From assembly GCA_045110675.1 (NCBI GenBank), contig JBGCGJ010000011.1, forward strand, positions 54,421-118,420: 64,000 nt of DNA, in the 5' to 3' direction. Position 1 is the first letter of the stretch. Each line of letters begins with the position of its first letter. The notes beneath the pieces are model-generated. The model was not told the DNA's origin and made no database searches. It was given only the letters and a program-made list of their open reading frames with translations. The DNA comes from Halioglobus sp. Lineage in GTDB: Bacteria; Pseudomonadota; Gammaproteobacteria; Pseudomonadales; Halieaceae. The translations under genes were made by a program, and so were the position numbers. Shown piece after piece: positions 17,502 to 27,853 of the stretch.

Positions 17502-19814
17502 TCAGAGCGTAATCCGCTGTACCTGCTCTGCAAAGTGCCAGGGTACCAACAGTCGTTTCAGTTCCTCAGCGGGTACCGGCTTGCTGAACATATAGCCTTG
17601 CATAACCCGGGCGCCACTTTTCTTGAGAAATTGATACTGGCTTTCACTCTCAACGCCTTCGGCCACCATATTCATGTTCATGCTCTCGGCCATGGCGATA
17701 ATGCCGGTGACCAATTTGGCACTCTCTTCACGTGTGTCGCAGTCCATGACAAAGCTGCGATCAATTTTCAGTTCATCCAGTGGGAAGTGGCTGAGATAAC
17801 TCAGGGGGGCGTAGCTGGTACCGAAGTCATCCACGGACAGATACACATCCAGAGCTTTAAGATCTTCAAGCGCTTCAAGCGTCCCCGCATCATTATCCAT
17901 TAGGATGCCTTCTGTAAGGCCCAGCTCCAGCATAGAGCCAGGTAACTCGGTTTCCTCCAGGACATCCTTCACGCGATTAATGAATTCGGTATTAAACTGG
18001 AAGGTCGACACATTGATTGCGATTCTGGGCAGTTTCAGGCCAGCCTGATGAAAGCGTTTCATCTGCTTGCAGGCGGCAACCAGAACCCAATCGCCTAATT
18101 CTCCAATGAGACCGATTTTTTCAGCCAGATGAACGAACTGAAACGGCGGTACCGGCCCGATTTCGGAGTGTTCCCAGCGCAGCAGTGCCTCGGCGCCAAC
18201 CACTGAGCCGCTGACGGTATCGACCTGGGGTTGATAGTGCAGAAGCAGTTCATTTCTCTCTATCGCTTTGCGCAGGTCTGTTTCAAGCTTTAGATGATCA
18301 ATACCGGCAGAAACCATGTCCTTATTGAAGAACATAAAATCTTCGCTGGCTGAGGCTTTCGCGTGGTGCATCGCCGTGCCGGCGGCATTCAATAAGTTCT
18401 CCACCGTATCGGCATCACCAGGGGATAAGGCAATTCCGATACTTGGCCTAACGACCAGTTCGTGACCATCGATGATAATAGGCTCAGCCAGTTTATCGAT
18501 AACGCGCTGCGCTACTGTGCCAGCGGAAACAACACTATCGAGTTGGTTTAAGACAAGCGTGAACTCATCGCCACCTAATCGAGAGACATCAATATTGGAT
18601 TCAGATTCTGCGTAATGCGCCACCATGTCACTCTCACGTAAACAATCCACAAGTCGTAAACCCACTTCGCGCAGCAATGCATCTCCAGCACTGTGGCCCA
18701 GTGAATCATTCACTCGCTTAAAGTTATCCAGATCGAGAAACAACAGCGCCAGCCGGCTGTCATTACGTTGATTCAGCCGCAGTAAAAGGCTGAGCTGCTC
18801 TGTAAACAATCGTCGATTTGGCAGTGAGGTCAAACCATCGTAGTAAGCCATTTGTCGCAACTGGCTTTTGGTCTCAGTGATTTCTTCGGTGGCTTTATCC
18901 AGTTCCTCGTTGCGTCGGGATAACTGTGATTCACGCTCATCTACGCGCAAGGCCAGGGCTTCAGGGTCTTGGTTTTCATCACGATTATGTAATCCCGCCC
19001 TGACGATTACGTCGTTCAGCGCTGACGCAATCGCCTGTACCTCTTCGCCGCCGGAAATTTTCATCGGAGACTTGAGTTCACCCGATACAACACCCCTAGC
19101 CAGTTCGGCCATTTGGGTCACCGGCGATCCTATGCGTCGACCGAGCAGCACTACCGTGCCGAGCCCTAGCAAAGATAAAACTCCACTGGCGAGCGAGATA
19201 GAGCTAACCGCTGGCCGAACGCCATCGACTAGCTCATTGCGATCCATATCCAACTGCACATAGCCAATCACAACCTGGTTGATCCTCCTGCCCGGTTTCG
19301 TTAGTGCAGTGACGAAATCCGAAGCTTCAAGACCCTCCTGGGTCGGGTCAAGTGAGGAGAATATAGGCAGCGTCAAGTAGAGCTGTGCTTCCTGGTTTCG
19401 AAGCAAAGACCACAAGACTGAACTGAGCTCTCGCCCCGATTGATCCAAAGTGACTATGCCGGTCTCTGCAGGGGAAAAATCTGACCTCAGAGACGCAAAT
19501 ACTGGCAGTTTCTGGGTTCGGGTATTGGTGAGATCTCGACGCGCCAGTTCCTCCCCTTTATTGTCCAGCGCGACCGCGAGAGACACAGCACGAGACTCCA
19601 AAAACACGCCCAGAGCTTGTTTAAGAGCAACCTCGTCGCGCGTATAGGTATTGATAGGAAGGTCAGGACGGCTGGCCACTTTAGCTTCAAAGTGGGCAAC
19701 GCTCTGGTTCAGATGGATCTGGTATTCACGATGCGCGGTAAACCCTGTTGCGAGCGCGCTTAGAACAACGGCAACGCATACAAACAGAATATTGATTTTG
19801 CCCGCAATCGTCAT
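17502..19814 (-). CDS. membrane-anchored GGDEF-EAL signalling protein (diguanylate cyclase/phosphodiesterase)
   Basis: 770 aa with an N-terminal TM, a periplasmic-type domain, a second TM and a HAMP-like region. Motifs are RLGGDEF, EALLRW, DDFGTSY and LKIDRSF. Confidence 0.9.
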   Translation of the reverse strand: MTIAGKINILFVCVAVVLSALATGFTAHREYQIHLNQSVAHFEAKVASRPDLPINTYTRDEVALKQALGVFLESRAVSLAVALDNKGEELARRDLTNTRTQKLPVFASLRSDFSPAETGIVTLDQSGRELSSVLWSLLRNQEAQLYLTLPIFSSLDPTQEGLEASDFVTALTKPGRRINQVVIGYVQLDMDRNELVDGVRPAVSSISLASGVLSLLGLGTVVLLGRRIGSPVTQMAELARGVVSGELKSPMKISGGEEVQAIASALNDVIVRAGLHNRDENQDPEALALRVDERESQLSRRNEELDKATEEITETKSQLRQMAYYDGLTSLPNRRLFTEQLSLLLRLNQRNDSRLALLFLDLDNFKRVNDSLGHSAGDALLREVGLRLVDCLRESDMVAHYAESESNIDVSRLGGDEFTLVLNQLDSVVSAGTVAQRVIDKLAEPIIIDGHELVVRPSIGIALSPGDADTVENLLNAAGTAMHHAKASASEDFMFFNKDMVSAGIDHLKLETDLRKAIERNELLLHYQPQVDTVSGSVVGAEALLRWEHSEIGPVPPFQFVHLAEKIGLIGELGDWVLVAACKQMKRFHQAGLKLPRIAINVSTFQFNTEFINRVKDVLEETELPGSMLELGLTEGILMDNDAGTLEALEDLKALDVYLSVDDFGTSYAPLSYLSHFPLDELKIDRSFVMDCDTREESAKLVTGIIAMAESMNMNMVAEGVESESQYQFLKKSGARVMQGYMFSKPVPAEELKRLLVPWHFAEQVQRITL

Positions 19815-19847
19815 ATTGCCGACCTCCCCTTATTGAGTGTTAGCCGG

Positions 19848-19876
19848 ATTATAGGAGGTTGGACCTGCTTAGTCAT
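19848..19876 (-). promoter_or_regulatory. candidate sigma-70 promoter for the GGDEF-EAL gene
   Basis: On the minus strand: ATGACT, a 17-nt spacer, then TATAAT. It lies about 30 nt upstream of the AAGGGGAGG RBS and the ATG at 19814. Confidence 0.3.
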
Positions 19877-20377
19877 CGGCTGAGTTATCGCAATACTATA
19901 CGGTATCTGGGAGCTAAATTATAACTTTTGTCCTGGATTCAAGTTAGGAATTGTGACGTGGGTAACCCTAAGTCGTCGCAAGGCCCGTAGCCATCATGAG
20001 CCTGTGTAAACTGGCTGGGAATGATGTGTTTACCCGTCAGACAGGTGCACCCAATCTGATTGGCCTCACGCGGCCCAAGCCCCCGCTTGCCACCGCGGGA
20101 AAATAGAGTATTTTAGTATTATGTTAAATAGAGTGGGCTTGCACTATCCAATATCAAAAGAACGATTCGCTTGCCCCTGGTCCCACCGCCCAATTTCCTG
20201 GAGATAGATACCTAGCTGAGCCGAACAGATTCATGACAACCTCTCAGTACATCGTGAAAATTACCCTCCAGGGGACAGTGCAGGATGCTCTTGATAGCTC
20301 CAAGCCGGATGCATGCAACCCGCCTCACTCCTTCTCAGAACTCAGGCAAATTGAGTTTGCACCCGGAGATGATAATG

Positions 20378-21190
20378 TCAGGCTGCTTCTGGAGTGTCTG
20401 TTGAAGGAGCATTTTTGGCCCTGACAGCGGCAAGCTTGCGCTGATACCCGGACTGAATCACATCTACTAACACCAGAACGGCGATAGAAAAATAGAAGGT
20501 AGACTTGGCCATCGGCTCAACCTGGTACCCAAATAGTTTCAAATGCGCGACGTGACCGCCCTCACCCAGCAACACGATGCCAACAATGAGCAAAATAAAC
20601 AGCCCCAAAACTTCGTATTTTCTGTTTTTATGAATAAATTCTGAAACCGTGTCAGCCAACAGTAGCATGGCGAGGCCGGATGCGATAATGGCCACCGCTA
20701 ACACCGGAAATACATCTGTGATCGCCAGCGCCGATAAAATTGAATCGAAGCTAAAGATCAAATTCATAAAAACGATAAGACAGATTACCGAGATTGCAGA
20801 TTTATCCTTGCGACTGCTGACGTCGTTATTAAGATCTTCAATCGACAACATGTGCGAAATTTCTTTCACTGCTGTGTACATGATGAATACGCCGCCGAAT
20901 ATAAACACCAATGCCGAGAAGTTAAAGGAACCCTCAACCACATTTTCCCAGGCAATATCGAAAAAGGGCTCGGTCAGCGAGGAAATCAGTTTTATCATTA
21001 CGAACAGTAAAACGACCCGCAATGCCACCGCGATCAAAATACCGGCGCGCCGGACCGACGCGCGTTGGGCCTCAGGTGCCCTTTGGGATTCGATAGAAAT
21101 GTACAGTAAATTGTCAAAGCCCAAAACGGCCTGAAGGAAAATCAAAACCCCCAGATTGGCGATATTCTCAGCAGTAAATAATTCCAGCAT
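20378..21190 (-). CDS. TerC-family integral membrane protein
   Basis: 270 aa. The N-terminal LGFDNLLYISI resembles the TerC LGxDNxIFIS motif. About 7 TM helices. Confidence 0.6.
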   Translation of the reverse strand: MLELFTAENIANLGVLIFLQAVLGFDNLLYISIESQRAPEAQRASVRRAGILIAVALRVVLLFVMIKLISSLTEPFFDIAWENVVEGSFNFSALVFIFGGVFIMYTAVKEISHMLSIEDLNNDVSSRKDKSAISVICLIVFMNLIFSFDSILSALAITDVFPVLAVAIIASGLAMLLLADTVSEFIHKNRKYEVLGLFILLIVGIVLLGEGGHVAHLKLFGYQVEPMAKSTFYFSIAVLVLVDVIQSGYQRKLAAVRAKNAPSTDTPEAA

Positions 21191-21327
21191 TGTTTTATTC
21201 CAAGGTTTGCAGTATTAAGAAGCGAGTTAATATTATGCGCGAGGATAATTCATTGTTGAACCGCTAGCGTTGCCTGTTACTCCTTGTAGAGTGATCGGAT
21301 AACTTTGGGACTGAACGAACCACCGGG

Positions 21328-22548
21328 TTATCTGGCTTTTGTCTCGACAACAATCTTATTTTCCAAGGTCCTGTGAACTGGGCACCTGTCAGCGATCTCC
21401 ATCAAACGCTGTCGCTTATCGTCATCGAGATCACCGAGCAAAGTCACCGTGCGTTTAATGACGTCAACTTGTTTATAATCTTCGTCACAATGCTCGCAAT
21501 CCTCCCCGTGACTGCGGCCGTGTTGCAAATCAACCGACACATGTTCCAGCGGCCATTTTTTCCGAGCTGCATACATGCGCAATGTCATTGCGGTGCAAGC
21601 ACCCAGCCCGGCCAGCAAATGTTCATAGGGATCTGGCCCACTATTACTGCCACCGAGTGCGGTTGGCTCGTCGGCCAGCCAGGTATGGGAATCACTATAC
21701 ACATTCTGAGCGAAGACATGGTTGCGCTCTTCTACTCGCACAGCACCTTTGGCGACTGACACAGTTATGTCATTTGCAGCGTCGGATGCGGTAATATACC
21801 TTGCCGCCCAGGTGGCAATCATGGCTGCGACATAATTCGCATCAGTTTGTTTGCTCAGTAGGTGATCCGCAGTATCTAAACTGATAAAGCTCTTCGGATG
21901 CTTTGCTGCGCGATAGATCTTTTCCGCTTCATTGATAGAGACCACCGTATCCACAGGTGAGTGAAAAACCAGTAGCGCTTTTCGAAGCTTGCGCACATGA
22001 TCGATAGACTGGTCGCCAATGTCGTCAATAAACTGCTTCTTGATAATGAATTTTCGGCCTGCCAGATCAACCTCTGCCTCGCCTTTCTCGCGAATGACCT
22101 CCAGGTCACAGCCAAACTGTTTGGCAACGTGTGTGGCATCCGCCGGCGCCCCCACCGTAACCACGGCCTTCAATTCCGGGATCGAGTCCGCGGCTTTTAA
22201 CACCGCCGTACCGCCCAGACTGTGACCGATTATAATGTCCGGCGCAGCCAAATTTTCTCGCAGGTAGTCGGCCGCCGCTACAAGATCCTGGACATTGGAG
22301 GAAAAGTTGGTGTTGGCAAAATCACCTTCGCTACTACCCAAACCGGTGAAATCGAATCGCAAAACGGCTATCCCAGCGGCAGCCAGTGCTCTGGAAATAC
22401 GCGATGCCGCGACAATGTCTTTGCCGCAGGTAAAGCAGTGGGCAAACAGCGCATGCCCGCTTACCTCTCCCTCTGGCAATTCGATAAGACCCGCGAGGGA
22501 GGAACCATCATGGCCGATAAAGCTAACCTTTTCTCGTCGTGTTTTCAT
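21328..22548 (-). CDS. alpha/beta hydrolase - OsmC/Ohr-like fusion protein
   Basis: 406 aa. The N-terminal half has the nucleophile elbow GHSLGG. The C-terminal half has the OsmC-like GLGACTAMT and DRCPVHRT cysteines. Confidence 0.8.
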   Translation of the reverse strand: MKTRREKVSFIGHDGSSLAGLIELPEGEVSGHALFAHCFTCGKDIVAASRISRALAAAGIAVLRFDFTGLGSSEGDFANTNFSSNVQDLVAAADYLRENLAAPDIIIGHSLGGTAVLKAADSIPELKAVVTVGAPADATHVAKQFGCDLEVIREKGEAEVDLAGRKFIIKKQFIDDIGDQSIDHVRKLRKALLVFHSPVDTVVSINEAEKIYRAAKHPKSFISLDTADHLLSKQTDANYVAAMIATWAARYITASDAANDITVSVAKGAVRVEERNHVFAQNVYSDSHTWLADEPTALGGSNSGPDPYEHLLAGLGACTAMTLRMYAARKKWPLEHVSVDLQHGRSHGEDCEHCDEDYKQVDVIKRTVTLLGDLDDDKRQRLMEIADRCPVHRTLENKIVVETKAR

Positions 22549-22592
22549 TGCGAAACCTGCTACTCGATGACAATAGTTGAGCCTTATTGCCG

Positions 22593-24857
22593 CTACGAGA
22601 TGTCCATCACCTTGTTCAACGGTAAATCTCTGTAGCGCTGCCCACTTGCGTGGAATACGGCATTGACAATACTGGGTGCGATCGCCGGGAAGCCGGGTTC
22701 ACCAACGCCGCCTGGCGGTTGCGCAGATTCGACAAGATGGACGTGCAGCGGCGGCACCTGATTCATACGAGCGACGGGGTAGGAGTCGAAGTTACCTTGC
22801 TCTACTGCGCCATCCTTCACGGTAATCTCGCTGTAGAGCGCAATCGCAAGTCCCATAATCATAGCGCCCTCCATCTGTGATCGTACACGATCCGGGGTAA
22901 TAACCTTGCCGCAATCAATTACCGTATGCATTTCCAGAACTTCCAGTTTGCTATCAGTGACTCGAACTTTAGTGGCCGCAGCCGAGTAAGAAGCGAAGCT
23001 CGAACAATAGCCGATTCCCCACCCCTCACCCTCGGGTAAGGTGTCAGCAATGGGTGCTTTCTTATGCAGGGTATTAATCACCGCCTTCATCCTGGCGGTA
23101 TCAGGCGTATGCTCACCGGGTTTATGACCGTAATTTTTCCACTCTTCAAAGCCGAGGGCCTTGGGGTCAACTGCCCGGTCCGAACCGATAAGATTCAACC
23201 ACATCTGCTGTGTACTGACCTTTGCTTTGTCCGCCAACTCATCCACGAAACAGCTCATTGCAAAGGCATTGTGGATATTTTGCACGGCTCGAAACCAGCC
23301 TATGCGCAGGTGTGTCGGCACCTCGGTCTTTTCAACGCTCAGGTTGCTAACATCAAAGGGCAAATCGCCAAAACTTTGCGAGTGCGCCAGTGGTGCTGGT
23401 GTTTTGGTAGTGTGATCAAACAAGGCAGATATGGCGGGATGAGCCACACGTGAAATAAAATTGTCGGCGCTCTGGCCGTCTTCGCTCAACTCTGCTTTGT
23501 AGTAGTTAGCCGACATAGAATGATAGAAGCCGTGTTTGGTATCGTCTTCCCGACTCCATATGACTTTCACGGGTTTGCCGCTTGCCTTGGCGAGCTCCAC
23601 CGCCTCCAAGGTATAATCGTTCTTGCTCTTACGACCAAATGCACCACCCATGAAGGTATTGTGAAGCACAACTTTGTTCGCATCTTTTTTTGGATCATAG
23701 CCCAGCTCCGTTAATGCCAGACTCTTGCCCCACTGTGGTGATTGAGTGCCGGTCCAAATGGTACAGATACCTTCCTCAATAAACGCAGTCGCTGCTGGAG
23801 TCTCCATAGGCGAATGGTTGTGATAGGGAATAGAGTAAGTGGCCTCCAGTGTGCGTGCAGTATCATATTGGTGCGCGTAAACATTACCTTGAGAGCGGAT
23901 AGGCTCGCCCTTTGCCTTTGCCTTATCAATTAGAAATTGTTTATAGCTATCTGTGTTATGAATAGCATTGGGGCCTAACTCCCATTCAATCTCAAGTTTT
24001 TTACGACCCTCGATAGCGGCCCAGGTATTGGTTGCCAGTACTGCCACACCTGACAGCGGATTGACCGAAACCGGGAAATCACGATCTTTCAGTTTAATGA
24101 CATCGACCACGCCAGCCACTTTTTTAGCCGCAGCACCGTCGAAGGATTTGACTCGACCACCGACTGTCGGCGGTCGCTGAATAGTTGCGATAAGCATGCC
24201 GGGGATTTGCACATCCTGTGCGTATTGTAGGTCTCCCCTCACCAATTGCTCATGACTTTGCAGTTTGACATCCGTGCCGGTTAGCGTCAGCTCGTCATCG
24301 CCGCGTAGAGTTAGCGTATCGGGATCGGGCATTTCCAAGCGCGCGGCCTCGCTTGCGAGTTCGGCAAAGCTTAGCTTTTTACCAGACGACAAATGCACAA
24401 CCGCATGGTCCTGAGCGCGTACCTCCGTCTTGTCTACCTGCCACTGCCTGGACGCTGCCTGCTCCAACAGGTCGCGCGCAACAGCACCCATTTTGCGGAT
24501 AAAATCGTAGTGGATTCGGATAGAGGCCGAACCACCGGTGCTTTGATTGCCATATTTAGGATCGGCGCCGCCCAAAACTGCCGAGACACGATCCCAACTG
24601 GCGCCCATTTCATCTGCGATAATTTGTGGCACACTGGTGACAATGCCCTGGCCCATTTCACCGCGCTGGCAAACAATCGTTGTCGCCCCATCATTCGCAA
24701 TACTGACAAAATGGCCGAGCTCATCCGAGCCCGATTGCACGTCGGTCCCGGCATCAGCGAGAACCGCAGCGGACAAACCACCGCCTAACACAAAACTGCC
24801 ACCGGCGAGACCAGTCAGCTTTATGAACTCACGTCGATCAAGTATTTGAATACTCAC
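22593..24857 (-). CDS. molybdopterin-binding oxidoreductase large subunit (IorB / aldehyde oxidase-xanthine dehydrogenase family), Tat-exported
   Basis: 754 aa. Carries the twin-arginine signal [14 protein letters not shown]. Its start lies 2 nt after the stop of the 2Fe-2S subunit gene. Confidence 0.85.
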   Translation of the reverse strand: MSIQILDRREFIKLTGLAGGSFVLGGGLSAAVLADAGTDVQSGSDELGHFVSIANDGATTIVCQRGEMGQGIVTSVPQIIADEMGASWDRVSAVLGGADPKYGNQSTGGSASIRIHYDFIRKMGAVARDLLEQAASRQWQVDKTEVRAQDHAVVHLSSGKKLSFAELASEAARLEMPDPDTLTLRGDDELTLTGTDVKLQSHEQLVRGDLQYAQDVQIPGMLIATIQRPPTVGGRVKSFDGAAAKKVAGVVDVIKLKDRDFPVSVNPLSGVAVLATNTWAAIEGRKKLEIEWELGPNAIHNTDSYKQFLIDKAKAKGEPIRSQGNVYAHQYDTARTLEATYSIPYHNHSPMETPAATAFIEEGICTIWTGTQSPQWGKSLALTELGYDPKKDANKVVLHNTFMGGAFGRKSKNDYTLEAVELAKASGKPVKVIWSREDDTKHGFYHSMSANYYKAELSEDGQSADNFISRVAHPAISALFDHTTKTPAPLAHSQSFGDLPFDVSNLSVEKTEVPTHLRIGWFRAVQNIHNAFAMSCFVDELADKAKVSTQQMWLNLIGSDRAVDPKALGFEEWKNYGHKPGEHTPDTARMKAVINTLHKKAPIADTLPEGEGWGIGYCSSFASYSAAATKVRVTDSKLEVLEMHTVIDCGKVITPDRVRSQMEGAMIMGLAIALYSEITVKDGAVEQGNFDSYPVARMNQVPPLHVHLVESAQPPGGVGEPGFPAIAPSIVNAVFHASGQRYRDLPLNKVMDIS

Positions 24858-24859
24858 GA

Positions 24860-25327
24860 TTAAGATTCCTCGCGGATAGAGTGAGCAGCCTGCTTAATGG
24901 CCGCTTTGATACGTGGATAGGTTCCGCAACGGCAAATATTGCCTTGCATACTTTGCTCAATTTCTTCGTCGCTTGGATCGGTGTTGTTTTCGAGTAACGC
25001 CACCGCGCTCATCATCTGGCCGCCTTGGCAATATCCGCACTGCGCAACCTTATGATCAATCCATGCCTGCTGTATAGGATGCAGTTCATTTTGGTCAACT
25101 GCCAGACCTTCGAGAGTAGTCAACTGTTTATTTTCCGCCACCGATATGGGAATGATGCATGAGCGTATCGGCGTGCCATCCATATGCATCGTGCACGCCC
25201 CACATTGGCCAGCACCACAACCAAATTTGGTGGCGGTGAGGCCCATCAGGTCACGAAGCACATACAGAATCGGCATATTAGGATCAACATCAAGATCGTG
25301 TTGTTCATTGTTGATTGTCAGTTTCAT
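24860..25327 (-). CDS. (2Fe-2S)-binding small subunit (IorA-like) of the molybdenum hydroxylase
   Basis: 155 aa with cluster motifs CGAGQCGACT, CGYCQGGQ and CRCGTY. Confidence 0.9.
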   Translation of the reverse strand: MKLTINNEQHDLDVDPNMPILYVLRDLMGLTATKFGCGAGQCGACTMHMDGTPIRSCIIPISVAENKQLTTLEGLAVDQNELHPIQQAWIDHKVAQCGYCQGGQMMSAVALLENNTDPSDEEIEQSMQGNICRCGTYPRIKAAIKQAAHSIREES

Positions 25328-25488
25328 CGGGAATGGTCCTTCGCTGTTGTACTGATGACTTTTTGCAGATGCACTCTACTGGCTTGTTGAATGACTAGAC
25401 TGAAATTTCGGGAGCTACCGCGTTGATCCAACTAGACTACAGTAATCCTCCCCTCAAGCTCAAGTAAACGCCCTGGCCTGATCAAAAA

Positions 25489-26541
25489 TCACGCTCTAAC
25501 AGTGCCCCATCGGCCTGGCGGCATGATCCGATATTGTGAAATCTGTATTTCCGTACCGTAGTCTGCGTAGTCTCCTTCGGACCTTTTGCCACGGTACTGC
25601 GCCCAGTGAATTTCACTGTATCGTTTGGGTCTCTCAGGTGTAACGACACTCGGCAATGGACTCACCAAGGCTTTGGCTGCAGGGTTGAGGAAAAATGGAA
25701 TACTGTAACGTTTGGAAGTGGTCATGGCTCGCACCCGGTGTACCGCCGCAGTATAGGTATCATTGGACCAGACTTGCATCATATCTGCGATATTAACCAC
25801 GAAGGATCCTTCAATGGGTTGAACATCATACCAATAGCCATCTTTGTGAACTTGTAACCCGCCTATGCTGTCTTGTAGCAAAATAGTCAGCGCTCCAGCA
25901 TCGCTATGGTGATGTATGCCATAGCCGGCTTCGATTTCTGATAGACGAGTCGACCCCAACATCGGGTCATCGATTGGGTAGTAGTTAAGGCGAATAAAGC
26001 CCGTATGATTATCTTCGAAGTCGCTATGCATAAAATTGGGGGCCAAGTTCAATCCTCGGCAAACAACTTGCAGAAGCTGCATTGAAAGGGACGAGCAGGT
26101 TCTGTAGTACTCTTCCATGACTGCTCTAAACTCTTGCTGTTCAGGTAGCCATCGATTCTCAGCGCCATAGATGTCATCGACGCCAGGCTTAGTGAAGTCA
26201 AATACTTCTTTCTTGTCTCGCTGATTTTTTGTGAGCTCGTTATTGTAGTAGCCCCACGGGTTTTCCTTGCTGCGCAAGATCGATTCCTTGAGCGCAACTG
26301 GCAAGTCAAAGAAATGCCGGGTGTTCTTCAGCACGTTTTGAATAAGATCATCTGGAACGCCGTGGTTCACAATCTGAAAAAAGCCCCATTCCCTGCAGGC
26401 CTCGGCAATCTCTCGTACAACCTGATCGGTCGCTATTCCCCCGTCCAGCATTTGGAAATCGACGATGGGAACAGAATCGGCTACGGCCACGTTTTGCGCG
26501 ACGGGGTGCTTGTCTAGGTCTTCTGAAACGCTATCGGACAT
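25489..26541 (-). CDS. 2-oxoglutarate/Fe(II)-dependent oxygenase (isopenicillin N synthase-like family)
   Basis: 350 aa. The N-terminal part has WGFFQIVNHGV. The facial triad is HHHSD ... AAVHRV. Confidence 0.8.
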   Translation of the reverse strand: MSDSVSEDLDKHPVAQNVAVADSVPIVDFQMLDGGIATDQVVREIAEACREWGFFQIVNHGVPDDLIQNVLKNTRHFFDLPVALKESILRSKENPWGYYNNELTKNQRDKKEVFDFTKPGVDDIYGAENRWLPEQQEFRAVMEEYYRTCSSLSMQLLQVVCRGLNLAPNFMHSDFEDNHTGFIRLNYYPIDDPMLGSTRLSEIEAGYGIHHHSDAGALTILLQDSIGGLQVHKDGYWYDVQPIEGSFVVNIADMMQVWSNDTYTAAVHRVRAMTTSKRYSIPFFLNPAAKALVSPLPSVVTPERPKRYSEIHWAQYRGKRSEGDYADYGTEIQISQYRIMPPGRWGTVRA

Positions 26542-26585
26542 ATCTCTCTATCGTCAATCGGCAAATAATCGATTATGGTAAAGTG

Positions 26586-27695
26586 TTAGTAATTAATTGA
26601 AGGATTGTCGCCGGGATAAATCACTCCCGCCAACACCAGTCCATTGTCGTCGCAGCTTTCAAGTGAGTGGCTCTTTTTCCTTGGAAGAAAAATCACGCTT
26701 CCTTGAGTGACTTTTGTTTTAGCATTCTCCGTCCACATATATCCTTCGCCGGAAATGACCACAATAGACTCCTCATAGAGGTGACGATGCATGGCGGCCT
26801 TTGAACGAGGAACCTCCCCGATGAACTGTGTGACCACATTCGAACCAATCTTCTTGTCAACAAGCATCTGAAAAAAGCGATCGGCCATGGATTGCCGGTT
26901 ATCAGGATCAATTTCGACTAAGCGATCGGGACATTCCCCATTGAAATTGCCGGGCATTTCGTCCGGATATACAGGCCTGGAATCCAGTGGACAGACAGAA
27001 ATGTAAATGGTCATTACGTCAGTTGAAGTATTGGTCAGCGCAAATGCCTCTCCACCCTGGATGTAAATACCAACCTCCCTGGGGGGCACTTCAAAATCCC
27101 TGCCACTGATCGAGATAGTCCCTGCACCGCTTGCCACCAGCAACACAACCTCCGAATCGCCAAAGGCCATGATTGGCGCACTGCCAGGCTGTATCTCAGC
27201 ATAGAACTGAGATTGATAACTGGCACCGGTGCGACGACCTATCAGCTCTCCAAGTTTTAAAACACCGTGACTTTCCATCGTAACTTTGTTGGCTTGAACT
27301 ACAAAACAACCACCATCAAGTGCGGCCAAACCATTGCCGTCTGGCTCTACTATTGGAACGCGCCTATTCTCTTCGCTATTGGGGTCGTCCTCATCGTATT
27401 CACTGGTCAGATTATTGTGTGCACCATCACAAAGCGGTTGCGTTAGGCTGTGCTTACACCCGCAGAATAATACCTCTTCATTTTCGATTTGGGTCTTATA
27501 TTCAATGGGCAGGAATTCAGTGCCCTTATGAGAGCCGTCACAGAAAGGTTGCTGCGCGCTTAGACCGCAGCTACACCATAGGTAGCGCTTACCCTTTTCG
27601 GGTTCAAAATAATAGGGTTTTTGCCGCGCGATGCGGGGTAAATCTTCCAATCGTGCACTCCGAAATATCGACCGGCGAAAGGTTATCATAGACAT
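26586..27695 (-). CDS. tandem CDGSH iron-sulfur domains fused to a bicupin
   Basis: 369 aa. Has CSCGLSAQQPFCDGSH and CGCKHSLTQPLCDGAH. The C-terminal cupin has HRHLYEE ... PRKKSH metal-site motifs, while the middle cupin-like half lacks His ligands. Confidence 0.75.
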   Translation of the reverse strand: MSMITFRRSIFRSARLEDLPRIARQKPYYFEPEKGKRYLWCSCGLSAQQPFCDGSHKGTEFLPIEYKTQIENEEVLFCGCKHSLTQPLCDGAHNNLTSEYDEDDPNSEENRRVPIVEPDGNGLAALDGGCFVVQANKVTMESHGVLKLGELIGRRTGASYQSQFYAEIQPGSAPIMAFGDSEVVLLVASGAGTISISGRDFEVPPREVGIYIQGGEAFALTNTSTDVMTIYISVCPLDSRPVYPDEMPGNFNGECPDRLVEIDPDNRQSMADRFFQMLVDKKIGSNVVTQFIGEVPRSKAAMHRHLYEESIVVISGEGYMWTENAKTKVTQGSVIFLPRKKSHSLESCDDNGLVLAGVIYPGDNPSINY

Positions 27696-27853
27696 TCTAG
27701 CGACTAGCTATCTATAATTCTTTATAAATATTAGGACCATTGGCCCCATAAACGCGAAAAGCGTTTCTCGACACATCCGTCACAGAGTTTTCCAAACCAC
27801 GCTTGGTAATAGCACCATAACGGCCTCGCCCACCAACGAGTATCACTAATAAT

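Noticed and set aside
16780-17595. 271-aa ORF on the plus strand
   Set aside because: It lies entirely antisense to the well-supported cation:proton antiporter gene. Its translation is low-complexity and rich in Ser, Thr, Ala, Pro and Arg, with no motif. This is a typical shadow ORF.
19815-20377. c-di-GMP (GEMM) or TPP riboswitch in the long region upstream of the GGDEF-EAL gene
   Set aside because: There is no ACGCAAAGC-type GEMM core on the minus strand. The plus-strand ACCCAATCTGATTGG only superficially resembles the TPP ACCC..GAACCTGATC core, and no plus-strand gene lies downstream.
20233-20424. 63-aa plus-strand ORF
   Set aside because: No Shine-Dalgarno sequence precedes the ATG. It overlaps the 3' end of the TerC-family gene by 47 nt, and I recognise no motif.
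21191-21327. Possible yybP-ykoY (Mn2+) riboswitch upstream of the TerC-family gene
   Set aside because: The minus strand has CAAGGAGTAACAGGC, vaguely like the GGGGAGUAG element. I could not find the paired conserved GAGACA-type element or a convincing four-helix arrangement. An Rfam cmscan would be needed to revive this idea.
25394-25438. Two copies of ACTAGACT, 37 bp apart, upstream of the iorA-like gene, as a possible operator
   Set aside because: An 8-mer repeated once within a 160-nt gap is within chance expectation. There is no dyad symmetry and no regulator gene nearby.
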